Below the pieces are notes generated by a model. That model was given only the letters and a program-made list of their open reading frames with translations. It was not told the origin of the DNA and searched no databases. A program made the translations under genes and the position numbers. Shown here piece after piece: positions 1-10,100 of a DNA stretch of 64,000 bases. Positions within the stretch are counted from its first letter, which is position 1, and every line of letters starts with the position of its first letter. The stretch comes from Nitrospirota bacterium (lineage in GTDB: Bacteria > Nitrospirota > UBA9217): the NCBI GenBank assembly GCA_963751455.1, contig CAVVUN010000001.1, forward strand, positions 320,001 to 384,000, in the 5' to 3' direction.

Positions 1-876
1 AACGCACATTGGGCTTTTCCCACCGGCTATATTGGCCTTTTGTTAAAGCTGCTGACCGGGAAAAAACTCGTAACAACACTATACGGCGCGGAGTTATTCC
101 CCATCAACGCCGGCAAGATGAAGCTGCTGAAGCCCCTGGTTAAGCAAGCACTGGACGGCGCCGATTTGCTTGTTGCCATAAGCGGAGAAACAGCAAACGC
201 TGCCGGAAAGATAAGCGGAAAAAATACGGTGCATATCATTCCCGACGGGATAGACATCGATTATTACAAAACCGGGAATAAAAACGAGCACGTGCTTGGA
301 AAATACAATTGCGGAAGTAAACGGGTCATTTTTTTTACCGGAAGAATGGTGGAGAGAAAGGGACATCGCTATCTGGTCGAAGCAATGCGCTCTGTTCGAA
401 ATGTTATTCCTGATGTAAAGCTCTTATTGGGGGGCCACGGGCCCCTTTTTGACGAACTGCGGAAACTCATTGACGAATGGAAGCTTGCCGATGTTGTCGA
501 AATGCCTGGCTTTCTGCCGGAAAAAGAAATTGTTCCCCTGCTTCAGTCTTCAGAGCTCTATGTATTGCCTTCCTGTAGAGATAAGAACGGCGATACCGAA
601 GGCTCTGCAACCGCGGCGCTTGAGGCTATGGCCTGCGGGACACCCGCACTTGTCAGCAGGATTGGCGGCAATATCGGCTCCATCGAGGACGGCAAAGGCG
701 CCTATTATTTCGAAGCCGCCGATTCGGAAGATTTGGCAAAAAAAATGATAGATCTGTTATCGGATAAGAAACTGTTGACCTCTAACAGACGTGAGTCTAG
801 AAAGTTTGTTGAAGAGCGCTATTCCTGGGAAGCGAGCATCAATAAATATCTTGATGTGATTGGAGCGGACTCCTAA
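1..876 (+). CDS. Glycosyltransferase family 4 (GT-B), 5' end outside window
   Basis: Frame is open from base 1 (NAHWAFPTG). Contains GRMVERKG and the EG-x6-EAMACG (E-x7-E) GT4 motif. Confidence 0.9.
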   Translation, partial: NAHWAFPTGYIGLLLKLLTGKKLVTTLYGAELFPINAGKMKLLKPLVKQALDGADLLVAISGETANAAGKISGKNTVHIIPDGIDIDYYKTGNKNEHVLGKYNCGSKRVIFFTGRMVERKGHRYLVEAMRSVRNVIPDVKLLLGGHGPLFDELRKLIDEWKLADVVEMPGFLPEKEIVPLLQSSELYVLPSCRDKNGDTEGSATAALEAMACGTPALVSRIGGNIGSIEDGKGAYYFEAADSEDLAKKMIDLLSDKKLLTSNRRESRKFVEERYSWEASINKYLDVIGADS

Positions 877-2006
877 TGAATAAATTAATCCCGATATCTC
901 AACCGAGTATAACCCAAAAAGAAATTGATTATGTCAATGATGCAATAAAATCCGGCTGGGTCTCCTCTTTAGGGAAGTACATCGATATTTTCGAAAATAA
1001 ATTTGCCGAATGCGCGGGTACGAGATATGCGCTTACGACATCTAACGGTACAACCGGGCTTCATCTTGCGCTTGTTGCATTCGGTATTATGCCGGGAGAT
1101 GAGGTAATCATACCTGACTTTACTTTTGTTGCCACCGCCAACGCTGTGAAATATACCGGCGCCGCTGTCGTTTGCGTCGATATTGAGGAAAACAACTTAT
1201 GCATCAGTCCCCGCGATATTGAAAACGCAATAACGAATAAGACTAAGGCGATTATCCCCGTTCACGTTTATGGGCACCCTGCAAATATGAACGAAATAAG
1301 AAAGATCGCCCAACAATACAACCTTATTGTAATCGAGGATGCCGCAGAAGCTCACGGAGCCGAGGTAGAAGGCAAAAGAGCCGGTTCACTGGGTAATTGC
1401 GGCGTATTCAGCTTTTACGGGAACAAAATCATAACGTGCGGCGAAGGGGGAATGATCACGACCGACGATCCTGTATTTTATGAAAAAGCAAAAGAACTCA
1501 GAGACCATGCAATGAGCAAGGAGAAAAGATACTGGCATGAAGCTGTCGGGTTTAATTACAGAATGACAAATCTTCAGGCTGCCCTGGGCGCGGCGCAGCT
1601 TGAAAGAATGGATGAAATAGTAAAGAGGAAGAAAGACATTTTTGACCTGTACCGCCGCTATTTATCCCCTGATCCGCGGCTGAAACTGAACTATCAGGCA
1701 GAGTGGGCGAAAAATGTCTATTGGATGGTGTGCCTCGAGGTTGAAGGATTTGACGAGCAGAGAAGAGACGCCCTTATGCAAAAGCTGAAAGACAAGGGCA
1801 TCGATTCGCGGCCGTATTTTTATCCGATATCCGATATGCCCATGTTCAAGAAAGCAAACACGCCGGTGACCCATGCTGTATATCAACGCGGGATTAATCT
1901 GCCCACGTATTTCGATCTTGATAATTCCAAAATTGAATACATTTGTGAAAATGTTCTGAGTATTGTGAATACTATGAACATCGATTCGCGGACGTCGGTC
2001 CTGTAA
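876..2006 (+). CDS. DegT/DnrJ/EryC1/StrS aminotransferase (perosamine synthase-like)
   Basis: NGTTGLHLAL, IEDAAEAHG, SFYGNKIITCGEGG (PLP lysine) and GFNYRMTNLQAA. Start overlaps the upstream stop (TAATG). Confidence 0.92.
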   Translation: MNKLIPISQPSITQKEIDYVNDAIKSGWVSSLGKYIDIFENKFAECAGTRYALTTSNGTTGLHLALVAFGIMPGDEVIIPDFTFVATANAVKYTGAAVVCVDIEENNLCISPRDIENAITNKTKAIIPVHVYGHPANMNEIRKIAQQYNLIVIEDAAEAHGAEVEGKRAGSLGNCGVFSFYGNKIITCGEGGMITTDDPVFYEKAKELRDHAMSKEKRYWHEAVGFNYRMTNLQAALGAAQLERMDEIVKRKKDIFDLYRRYLSPDPRLKLNYQAEWAKNVYWMVCLEVEGFDEQRRDALMQKLKDKGIDSRPYFYPISDMPMFKKANTPVTHAVYQRGINLPTYFDLDNSKIEYICENVLSIVNTMNIDSRTSVL

Positions 2007-3052
2007 TGAAACTATTTCCCAAACAAGACTTGAAAAGCTATCTCCTCTTTTCCTCGAAGAGCTTTCTGCGCGTTCTGAGGCTCAGCCCGAAGCAGCTTTT
2101 TTTGCCCGGCCTGATCATCTACCCTTCGAATATATGTAATTACAAGTGCATGATGTGCGATGAGGGAGCGGATTCCGTTAAACCTGTCCGGAAAATGGAG
2201 TTGAGTACCCTGGAAAAGGTCCTTAAGGAGTGCTCGACATTTGCTATCAAGCCGAGAATACATTTTTCCGGGCTTGGCGAACCGCTTGTGCATCCTGAGA
2301 TTGCCTCTTTTATGCAGCTGTGCAGGCAATATAAGATCAACTGGAGCATGACTACAAACGGCTATTTACTGGAAAAATATGCGGCGAGCCTGGTTGAAAA
2401 CGAGTGCCGGGGCGTCAATATTTCAATTCACGGCATTGGAACCGACCATGACCGCGTAACGGGCATCAACAATTCATTCACCAGGGTAATGAGCGGGCTC
2501 GAAAAACTCGACATGGCAAAAAGGAACAACAATGCTGTTTTGCCTTTAATAGCCGTCAACTGTGTCATAACGAATCAAAATATCTCCAATTTGAAAGCGA
2601 TCCTGGACTATTTTCTCGACCTGCCCGTCAACAGCATTACCTTTCAGCACCTTATTTTTTCAAATGACGATTTTATCAATAAGAAACCGCATGTAATCCA
2701 TGAAAAAGAAAAGCTGGACTCGCTTAAGCAATTCATTTCTTACGGCACCGCTCATTCATTTCCGAAGAAGCTCAATTTTTTTCCCGCGATAAAGGTCAAT
2801 GATATTACCGACTATTATTCGGAAGCCGCGAATGACCGGTTTAATCGTTCATGCATACTGCCATGGCTTGGCGCAAGAATTTATCCTGACGGAGATGTGG
2901 GTATGTGCAATATCGTTTACGGTAATATTCTCAAATCTCCTTTAAAGTCTATAATCAACAACGATGAAGCGCTGCTGTTTCGCAGAAAGTTAATTAATAA
3001 AGGATTCAGGTCCCCTATTTGTTTCAGATGCTGTCACCGGCATTATTATTGA
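2006..3052 (+). CDS. Radical SAM protein with SPASM/twitch domain
   Basis: CNYKCMMC (CxxxCxxC), GEPL and TTNG; C-terminal C..PW...I.PDGDV..C and CFRCC. Confidence 0.88.
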   Translation: MKLFPKQDLKSYLLFSSKSFLRVLRLSPKQLFLPGLIIYPSNICNYKCMMCDEGADSVKPVRKMELSTLEKVLKECSTFAIKPRIHFSGLGEPLVHPEIASFMQLCRQYKINWSMTTNGYLLEKYAASLVENECRGVNISIHGIGTDHDRVTGINNSFTRVMSGLEKLDMAKRNNNAVLPLIAVNCVITNQNISNLKAILDYFLDLPVNSITFQHLIFSNDDFINKKPHVIHEKEKLDSLKQFISYGTAHSFPKKLNFFPAIKVNDITDYYSEAANDRFNRSCILPWLGARIYPDGDVGMCNIVYGNILKSPLKSIINNDEALLFRRKLINKGFRSPICFRCCHRHYY

Positions 3053-3144
3053 CCTCAAAACCGTAACAAGTCGTATTTTTACACGGAGGCACAGAGCCCA
3101 GTTACGCTGTGACCCTGACAAGCTATTATGGATAACTCCTTTTT

Positions 3145-3825
3145 ATGCATCTGATCAAGCGTCTTACTGAAAGCCTGGGGCAGAAGGGCGTTCTCGAAAC
3201 GCTGAAAAGCGCCGCCCGGATCGTTGCCGATTACGGTTTTGATTTGAAACATGGCACCGATACAATGCGTCGGGTGAAGGTGGAATCATTTGATACCGAT
3301 TCCGGATACAAGGCAAACGCCACGCCGTACCAGGCGTCGAAAACACGTCCCCTTTTGAAACTGCTTCATAAACTTCGACTGCCTAAAAACGGCACATTCG
3401 TTGACATCGGCTGCGGCAAAGGAAGGGTTCTGTTTCTCGCCGCACAACTTGGTTTTAATAAAGTTGTCGGCATTGAGTTCTGCGCCCGGCTTTGCCGGCA
3501 CGCCCGTGAAAATGCGGATTTATTTTTTAAGAAACATCCTGAAAGTTCTTCCATAGAAATTATTGAAACAGATGCAACACGTTACGAATTCAAAGGAGAT
3601 GAAAATGTCTTCTTTCTCTACAACCCTTTTGATTCAGTGGTTCTTACGAATGTCCTGGAACAAATAAACATATCCGCGCTAAAAACGCCTCGTAATATCT
3701 GGTTGATTTACAACAATCCGGTGCATCACGATATAATCCGGAATAATCCGTTGTTTGTCGGATGCAACCGGTATGAAATTGACGGCGAGATTTTCCACGT
3801 GTATGAGCGCCGTGCCGCGAAATGA
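3145..3825 (+). CDS. Class I SAM-dependent methyltransferase
   Basis: FVDIGCGKGR motif I, GIEF and FLYNPF. Confidence 0.85.
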   Translation: MHLIKRLTESLGQKGVLETLKSAARIVADYGFDLKHGTDTMRRVKVESFDTDSGYKANATPYQASKTRPLLKLLHKLRLPKNGTFVDIGCGKGRVLFLAAQLGFNKVVGIEFCARLCRHARENADLFFKKHPESSSIEIIETDATRYEFKGDENVFFLYNPFDSVVLTNVLEQINISALKTPRNIWLIYNNPVHHDIIRNNPLFVGCNRYEIDGEIFHVYERRAAK

Positions 3826-3931
3826 ATATATTCCATTCACGCAATTGTTGCGCTCATCATTCAGACGCCATTGAGATTTTATTGAAATTAAACTATACAC
3901 AACCATTCGTCAAGCTGAAAAAGGAAATTAG

Positions 3932-5917
3932 ATGAAATCACATCTTCGAACTATCGGCTTAAAGACGTATATTCATCTTCTGATCATAGCTCTTATCGGG
4001 TTCACTGCGTACTCGAATACCTTCCATGTGCCGTTTGAGTTTGACGATTTTGATCACATAGAGAATAACCTGATGATAAGGAGTATGGATAACTTTGTCC
4101 TTGCCCTGAAGGGACATGATTTCACTTCAAGCGCCTATCAATATAGCGCCGGCCGCTTTCTAGGCTACTTTTCTTTTGCTCTTAACTATTACTTCGATGG
4201 AGTTGATGTCAAGGGATATCACATTGTGAATCTCTTCATCCACATAGCAAATGCATTTCTGGTCTATTTCCTCGTTTTCCTGACGTTCCGGACGCCCAAT
4301 TTCCCGCCTCCTTTTCAGATGGCACAGAGTAAGCAGCACACCGCGGCCGACATACAAGCTCTAAACCATTCGCCATTCATCGTTGACCATGCACCTTCTT
4401 TTGCGGATTCACGTCTTATCGCGCTCTTTTCATCACTTCTCTTTGTTTCACATCCCGTGCAGACCCAGGCTGTCACGTATATTGTTCAGCGTTTCGCTTC
4501 ACTGGCAACGTTGTTCTATCTCCTTTCTATGACGTTGTATATAAAAGGGAGAATGGCTGCAATCGGCAATACGCAACGGCCTGCCTCCGTTAATCCGTCA
4601 CTGGCAAAGGGGAAATTGAATTGGGGCGTTTCACCTATTGCCTATTTCGTTCTTTCCCTTGCTTCCGCATTCTTGGCCATGAGAACGAAGGAAATCGCAT
4701 ATACCCTTCCGTTGGTGATAGTTCTTTATGAGACCACTTTTTTTACCGCGCCGTTAAAGAAGAAGCTTCTATTCCTTCTGCCGCTTGTCCTGATATTGAT
4801 AATCTTCGCACCTATCAGTTTCATTCAGGGTGATATGCCGCTTGGTCAAATGTGGTCCCGGGTGGAAGCAATGACGACGGCTGATTCGAATATTCCCCGA
4901 TGGGATTATCTGATGACAGAGATGCGGGTTATTATCACGTATATCAGGCTTATATTTTTGCCGATAAACCAGACTCTTGATTATGACTATCTAATATACC
5001 ATTCCTTGCTTGAGCCGCCGGTGTTGTTTTCCTTTCTCTTCCTTTCGACAATCTTCGGGGCCGCTGTGTACCTTATGTACAGGACACGAAGATCCTTTAG
5101 CCGCCCACCGGCCACAAAGACAAAGAAGTCGGCAGTACGTAGTGACAAGAAAGACAACCTCATGGCGATTGCCTCTACTCGCGATTCAGGTTTCACTGTT
5201 CACGATGCTCAAATGATAGACTACTCACTATTCACGGTTCAGTGCCTCCGCCTCGTGGCCTTCGGGATTTTCTGGTTTTTCATCACTCTGGCGGTTGAAT
5301 CAAGCATCATACCGATAAAAGATGTGATTTGTGAGCACCGGGTTTATCTTCCCTCAGTAGGGTTTCTCATAGCAGTATCTGCCGGCCTGTATACTGTGGC
5401 TGCGAAATTAAAGAAAGTTCAGGGTATTGCACTAGTAAGTATTGTGGTAGTACTGTCGCTTTCGGCTGCTACTTATGCGAGAAATAATATATGGAAAGAT
5501 AGAGAAAGCCTCTGGGAGGACATAGTACAAAATAGTCCCAACCTGGCCCGCCCCCACACCGGTTTAGGCGCAATTTATTACAACCAGGGTCGCCTGGACG
5601 AAGCAATGAGGGAATTTCAAACTGCGGTATCTCTCGATCTCAGTAATTTTGGCGCACACTATAATATCGGACTGATTTATTGGCAACGAGGCCTGCTGGA
5701 TGAGGCAAAGAAGGAATTTCAGGCTGCTCTATGGCTCAAGCCGGATAATGCGGACATACACAACACTCTCGGCAAAGTGTATGCGCAGGATGGTTTTTTG
5801 CACGATGCCAAGAAGGAATATGAGACTGCGTTAAAGTTCAACCCTGATCATGGTGATGCACGAAAGAATCTGGCAGTGCTTATGAACAATGCCGGAGATA
5901 AAAATAATTCGTATTGA
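3932..5917 (+). CDS. TMTC-like GT-C membrane glycosyltransferase with C-terminal TPR repeats
   Basis: FEFDD acidic loop, GYHIVNLFIH, HPVQTQAVTYI, KE, EHRVYLPS, RNNIW, then about four TPRs. Confidence 0.85.
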   Translation: MKSHLRTIGLKTYIHLLIIALIGFTAYSNTFHVPFEFDDFDHIENNLMIRSMDNFVLALKGHDFTSSAYQYSAGRFLGYFSFALNYYFDGVDVKGYHIVNLFIHIANAFLVYFLVFLTFRTPNFPPPFQMAQSKQHTAADIQALNHSPFIVDHAPSFADSRLIALFSSLLFVSHPVQTQAVTYIVQRFASLATLFYLLSMTLYIKGRMAAIGNTQRPASVNPSLAKGKLNWGVSPIAYFVLSLASAFLAMRTKEIAYTLPLVIVLYETTFFTAPLKKKLLFLLPLVLILIIFAPISFIQGDMPLGQMWSRVEAMTTADSNIPRWDYLMTEMRVIITYIRLIFLPINQTLDYDYLIYHSLLEPPVLFSFLFLSTIFGAAVYLMYRTRRSFSRPPATKTKKSAVRSDKKDNLMAIASTRDSGFTVHDAQMIDYSLFTVQCLRLVAFGIFWFFITLAVESSIIPIKDVICEHRVYLPSVGFLIAVSAGLYTVAAKLKKVQGIALVSIVVVLSLSAATYARNNIWKDRESLWEDIVQNSPNLARPHTGLGAIYYNQGRLDEAMREFQTAVSLDLSNFGAHYNIGLIYWQRGLLDEAKKEFQAALWLKPDNADIHNTLGKVYAQDGFLHDAKKEYETALKFNPDHGDARKNLAVLMNNAGDKNNSY

Positions 5918-5960
5918 CCCGAAATGTATAGAGTGCGACTGAAAATCGGCCAGAGACCAT

Positions 5961-6788
5961 ATGGAAAGGAATACGCGTTTGACCTCTCAAAAAGATTCTG
6001 TCCAGTGTGAAAGAAGGAAACTTTTTTTCTTTACACTTCATTACTACTGGATGAATACAGCAGCTTTTCTGAAATCCAGTCATTCCATTTCGCTTCTGAG
6101 GTCGCATGAGGAACTTCCCCCTAAGGAATATTTTCTGAAAATCGGTTATAAGACTTTCCTTATTGACCTGAACAAAACAAAGGAAGAGATTTATTCGGCT
6201 TTTGACTATACCGGAGCACGCTATAAAATAAATAAAGCCATGAAGCATGGCGTAATTGTGAAAAAGGCTGAAACAATACAGGAGAAGCGGAAGTTCTATG
6301 ATTTCTATCAGGCATTCGTGGAAGACCCGAAAAGGAAGAATAAGATCCTTGTGCTTCAGAAGCATGAACTTGATCTACTCGAAATATTTTACGCAGTGTC
6401 CGCAGGTGATGAATATCTTGGAGGTATCGGACTGCTTCCTTCTCCTGACAAGCGCTATCTATTATATAAATATGCGGCTACAATACACCGGTTCTGTGAA
6501 AATGAAATGCTGCTCTGGCATGCGATTCAGCATGCGAAGGACGCCCGCTATGCCTATTTTGACATGAGCTGGATGTGGCCTGCAGAGGACAAGAATAGCG
6601 AGATGTATCGGCTATACCAATTCAAAAAAAAGTTCGGCGGCACGTTGGTCGATTTTTATACATATGTGAAGTTAAAAGGACCGTTTATAATCCCCGGCAT
6701 GCTGTTCAAGTTGATACTGGATTTCTTTTTCAAAGGCAATATGATCGATTTTACACTGCTCCTGAAAAGAATGAAAATATTTAAATGA
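5961..6788 (+). CDS. FemAB/GNAT-fold acyl- or aminoacyltransferase
   Basis: RYKINKA, LLWHAIQHA, YFDM and YQFKKKFGG are typical of FemAB-like GNAT domains. Confidence 0.7.
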   Translation: MERNTRLTSQKDSVQCERRKLFFFTLHYYWMNTAAFLKSSHSISLLRSHEELPPKEYFLKIGYKTFLIDLNKTKEEIYSAFDYTGARYKINKAMKHGVIVKKAETIQEKRKFYDFYQAFVEDPKRKNKILVLQKHELDLLEIFYAVSAGDEYLGGIGLLPSPDKRYLLYKYAATIHRFCENEMLLWHAIQHAKDARYAYFDMSWMWPAEDKNSEMYRLYQFKKKFGGTLVDFYTYVKLKGPFIIPGMLFKLILDFFFKGNMIDFTLLLKRMKIFK

Positions 6789-6911
6789 TTTCGATCTTTT
6801 AATAACGGATGCAGCCATCTTTGTCCACTGGCATGTAGCTCTCCGCTAGAAACCTTTACTTCGCATTATCTTTAAATTTGAGTCAAGTTTTTGAGAAGCT
6901 AAAAAGCATTT

Positions 6912-7017
6912 ACCGCGAAGGCGCGAGGAGCGCGAAGGAAACCTATGACAAAATCTTATTTCTGGTTTAAACCCGTTTCAATTCCTGCTTTCCTCGCGTC
7001 CTTCGCGCCTTCGCGGT
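6912..7017. repeat. Intergenic palindrome of the CRCRRAK-unit family
   Basis: ACCGCGAAGGCGCGAGGAGCGCGAAGG ... CCTCGCGTCCTTCGCGCCTTCGCGGT; the centre contains GGTTTAAACC. Confidence 0.9.
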
Positions 7018-7165
7018 TCCAAGGTATTTTTTTCATCGGTCTGAGGCCTTGCCTCGTTAAAACAATATTTTGAACTTAGTGCGTAACCTGAAGGGCGGCA
7101 CTGTTCCCTCGTCAAGTATAAAAATGAAATTATCTATCTTTAAGAAATATGCCAGAGGCGAACTG

Positions 7166-8521
7166 ATGAGCAGACCGATCATCGGGCCGGAGTGGTTCTT
7201 TGGCGCCGCAGCTTTGGCAGTTGGTTTGTTCATGGCCCTGGTGACGCCCCCCTTTCAGTCACCGGATGAGTTTTGTCATTTCTATCGCGCGTTCCAGTTG
7301 TCTGAAGGACGCATAATCGCGGAAAGGCAGGGCAACGAAGTGGGCGGTAATATCCCTGCTTCAGTGGTGAAGGCATTTGAACCGTTTGAACCGATGCGGT
7401 TCGAACCCATGATTAAGGTCGACACAAGCGTGGTAGCTCAACTGCTCCAGGAGCCATTCGAACATGAACCCCTTCTATGGCAGGATTTCAGAAACACGGC
7501 AATTTACACACCCGTGGCATATGCGCCGGCGATAACAGGGATATGGGCGGCAAACCTCAGCGGCTCCTCTGCGCTTAAGATGATGTATGCCGCAAGGATT
7601 GCGACCCTGCTGTTCTGGGTTGGCCTGGTCTTTGCGGCAATACGTCTGACCCCTGTATTCAAATGGGTGGCGGTTTTGATAGGTCTGCTCCCCATGCATA
7701 TCTTCGTGGCCAGCTCGTTATCTGCTGATGTCATGACGAATGGACTTACGATGTTGTTAATCGCCCTTATATTGAGGAGTGCCTTCGCCGAAAAGGGAAC
7801 TTTCAACCGGCGGGAAGGAGCATGGTTACTGATTGTCAGCGTACTCGTAGTCTTGAGTAAGCACGTATATTTTCTGCTGGCGGCGTTGGCGATAATGATA
7901 CCGACCGGGCGATTCGGGAGTATGAAAAGAAAAGCATTATATCTATCTCTCCTGGGGGCGGTTGATATTGCGGTAAACATCATTTGGGCCTGGCTGATAC
8001 AGGGGGTAGTGGTGCCGGTAGTCTGGGCAGATCCCGGCAAACAGGTGGAATTTATAATCGCCTATCCGTGGGAATACGTGAAAGTGCTGGCTACCACGCT
8101 TTCGATGTGGTGGTGGATTTACGCGCAATGGTTCGTAGGTGTTCTGGGCTGGCTGGATACGTGGCTGCCGTCGTGGGTCTATCCGTCTTATATTGCGGTG
8201 ATGCTTTGTATCGCGCTTATGGATAAAGGATCTGGAAGACCTATGAGATTGGCCGAGAGATTATTTGTTGCGGGTACCTGTACTGCCCTGCTGGTGCTTG
8301 TGTTGACCAGTCAGTATATCATGTATACTTCTCCCATGGATCCATCCATTATCGGCGTACAGGGACGGTACTTTATTCCACTGGCTATGGCTGCCTTGCT
8401 TGTGCTCTATAACCGGAAGATCAAAGCGAAAGAGGTGATGATAGGCATAGCGGTGCCTATCTTCTGTTCTATCGTGCTTGCGGTAACCTGCTATTCACTT
8501 ATCGCCAGATATTACCCGTAA
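7166..8521 (+). CDS. DUF2142-like polytopic membrane protein (putative GT-C glycosyltransferase)
   Basis: PPFQSPDEFCHFYRA, GVLGWLDT, QGRYFIP and many TM segments. Start uncertain (7070, 7124 or 7166). Confidence 0.75.
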   Translation: MSRPIIGPEWFFGAAALAVGLFMALVTPPFQSPDEFCHFYRAFQLSEGRIIAERQGNEVGGNIPASVVKAFEPFEPMRFEPMIKVDTSVVAQLLQEPFEHEPLLWQDFRNTAIYTPVAYAPAITGIWAANLSGSSALKMMYAARIATLLFWVGLVFAAIRLTPVFKWVAVLIGLLPMHIFVASSLSADVMTNGLTMLLIALILRSAFAEKGTFNRREGAWLLIVSVLVVLSKHVYFLLAALAIMIPTGRFGSMKRKALYLSLLGAVDIAVNIIWAWLIQGVVVPVVWADPGKQVEFIIAYPWEYVKVLATTLSMWWWIYAQWFVGVLGWLDTWLPSWVYPSYIAVMLCIALMDKGSGRPMRLAERLFVAGTCTALLVLVLTSQYIMYTSPMDPSIIGVQGRYFIPLAMAALLVLYNRKIKAKEVMIGIAVPIFCSIVLAVTCYSLIARYYP

Positions 8522-8815
8522 CAATAAAACTGCGCGTAAAAACATCACAAAAGGCGCCTGTCTAGCGGATCACCTCATAAATATAGAGATCATCACTCGG
8601 TACACTGTCTATTTCCCGGAGGAGGCGCTCAAAGTTTTTTCCGCGCGAGAGGACATACTTAACTCCCGTTTTCCATAAATCGCCGCCATTGAGAAATAAC
8701 ACAAACCAGTCGTCCTTCAGCAGCACGAAATGTGCAGCGCTTTTGGCATATCTTGTGTTTCAAATCTCCTGGCTGGTCGTATCCTATCCCCATTGGTTCG
8801 CAGAGTATACGCTTT

Positions 8816-8972
8816 TTAACTATTCAGGTCTTTTTTTTATCCGCAGATTACGCAGATTTCTCAGATAAAAACAAAACCAGAATTCCGGTTAAAATCTGCG
8901 TAAATCTGCGGATAGACGGGTTTTTTCTCAGATTTGTCTTAATGCCGTTCTGAAAAGAAGCTGAATGGTTAC
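8816..8972. mobile_element. MITE-like element with (G)TAACyATTCAG TIRs enclosing a CRCRRAK palindrome (8838-8914)
   Basis: TAACTATTCAG at 8817 and CTGAATGGTTAC at 8961-8972; inner TATCCGCAGATTACGCAGAT ... ATCTGCGTAAATCTGCGGATA. Confidence 0.65.
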
Positions 8973-9091
8973 GTTTTAACGAGCTAATTGCTTTCTTGCA
9001 AATAAATTATGAATGCATTATTGTTATGCAATATGCTGATCAATTGCCTACCCGTCCTGTTGAATAAACCATATGTGCCGGAGGATGTTCG

Positions 9092-10087
9092 GTGGACAGA
9101 CTGAATAAATTTATCAGGCCGTTAGGCTATCTGCTCACTTTTGCTGCGCTTATTTACCTCGTGAATATTATCGCCCATTTCGATTGGTATTCGATGAAGT
9201 TCAAGAATTCGTTTGCATCTGTTTTCTTTACCGTGCTTTTCGGGTTTTGGGCCTCCCTGTTTCTTTTTATCGGCGCCTATAACTGGAAATTGATTCTCGA
9301 GTTTGTAAATGGAGAATCCGTCTCCACAAAAGATGTATTTCACGTCTATTTGAAATCAAATGTTGCCAAATATCTTCCCGGAAATGTAATGCATTATGCA
9401 GGCAGGAATTATCTTGGTAATAAACTCGGTTGGAATAATTCTGAAATGGCTTTCAGCAGTTTTCTGGAATTCATTTTCGGCGCCGGGTCTACCGGCATAA
9501 TAATCATCATGCTTCTCGCCCTTGGCTTTATAAATATTCCGCCGCAGATCTCGTTTACATTCAATTTCCATAAAATTGTTGGCTATTCAGCGCTCGTTGC
9601 TGCCGCCGGGCTTGTTGTCATTGGTTTGATGTATTCATACCGTTATTTTTTCTATAAGGAGCGGCTACGCGTTACTTCTCAAAAAATTTGGCACAAGGCA
9701 AAACAGTTCTTCACGGGCGCCTTTATCATATTATTTGTCAGGCTGTTCCTGATTTCATTATTTTGCTTTTTCCTGAATAGCATCTTTTTCTTTTATCTCT
9801 GTCATCTTGTATTGGATTTCCATATTCAGCCCTACGATATGTTCAATGTGTATGCTGCCTTGGGCATTGCAAACTATTCCTCTATTATCACTCCCGGCGT
9901 TCCGAGCGGACTAGGAGTCAAAGAATCCGTGTCTTTTTTGCTGATTTCCGCATATGGCTATCCCAAAGAAATGCTCTTGATGTCGATACTGGTGTATAGA
10001 GTTGCATGCATTCTGGGAGATTTACTATCCTTTTTGTTTGTGATATTCTATCCTGCAAAATGCATAGTCTCGAATGCCCCGAAATAA
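9092..10087 (+). CDS. Lysylphosphatidylglycerol synthase TM-domain / flippase-like protein
   Basis: KYLPGN, PGVPSGLGVKE and YR motifs; about eight TM helices. Confidence 0.78.
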   Translation: MDRLNKFIRPLGYLLTFAALIYLVNIIAHFDWYSMKFKNSFASVFFTVLFGFWASLFLFIGAYNWKLILEFVNGESVSTKDVFHVYLKSNVAKYLPGNVMHYAGRNYLGNKLGWNNSEMAFSSFLEFIFGAGSTGIIIIMLLALGFINIPPQISFTFNFHKIVGYSALVAAAGLVVIGLMYSYRYFFYKERLRVTSQKIWHKAKQFFTGAFIILFVRLFLISLFCFFLNSIFFFYLCHLVLDFHIQPYDMFNVYAALGIANYSSIITPGVPSGLGVKESVSFLLISAYGYPKEMLLMSILVYRVACILGDLLSFLFVIFYPAKCIVSNAPK

Positions 10088-10100
10088 CCGGTGAAAAACC

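Noticed and set aside
8732-8953. 73-aa ORF containing SADYADFSD, and a nearby TTGGCA sigma54-like site
   Set aside because: The ORF is a translation of the palindromic repeat, and the site lacks a -12 GC.
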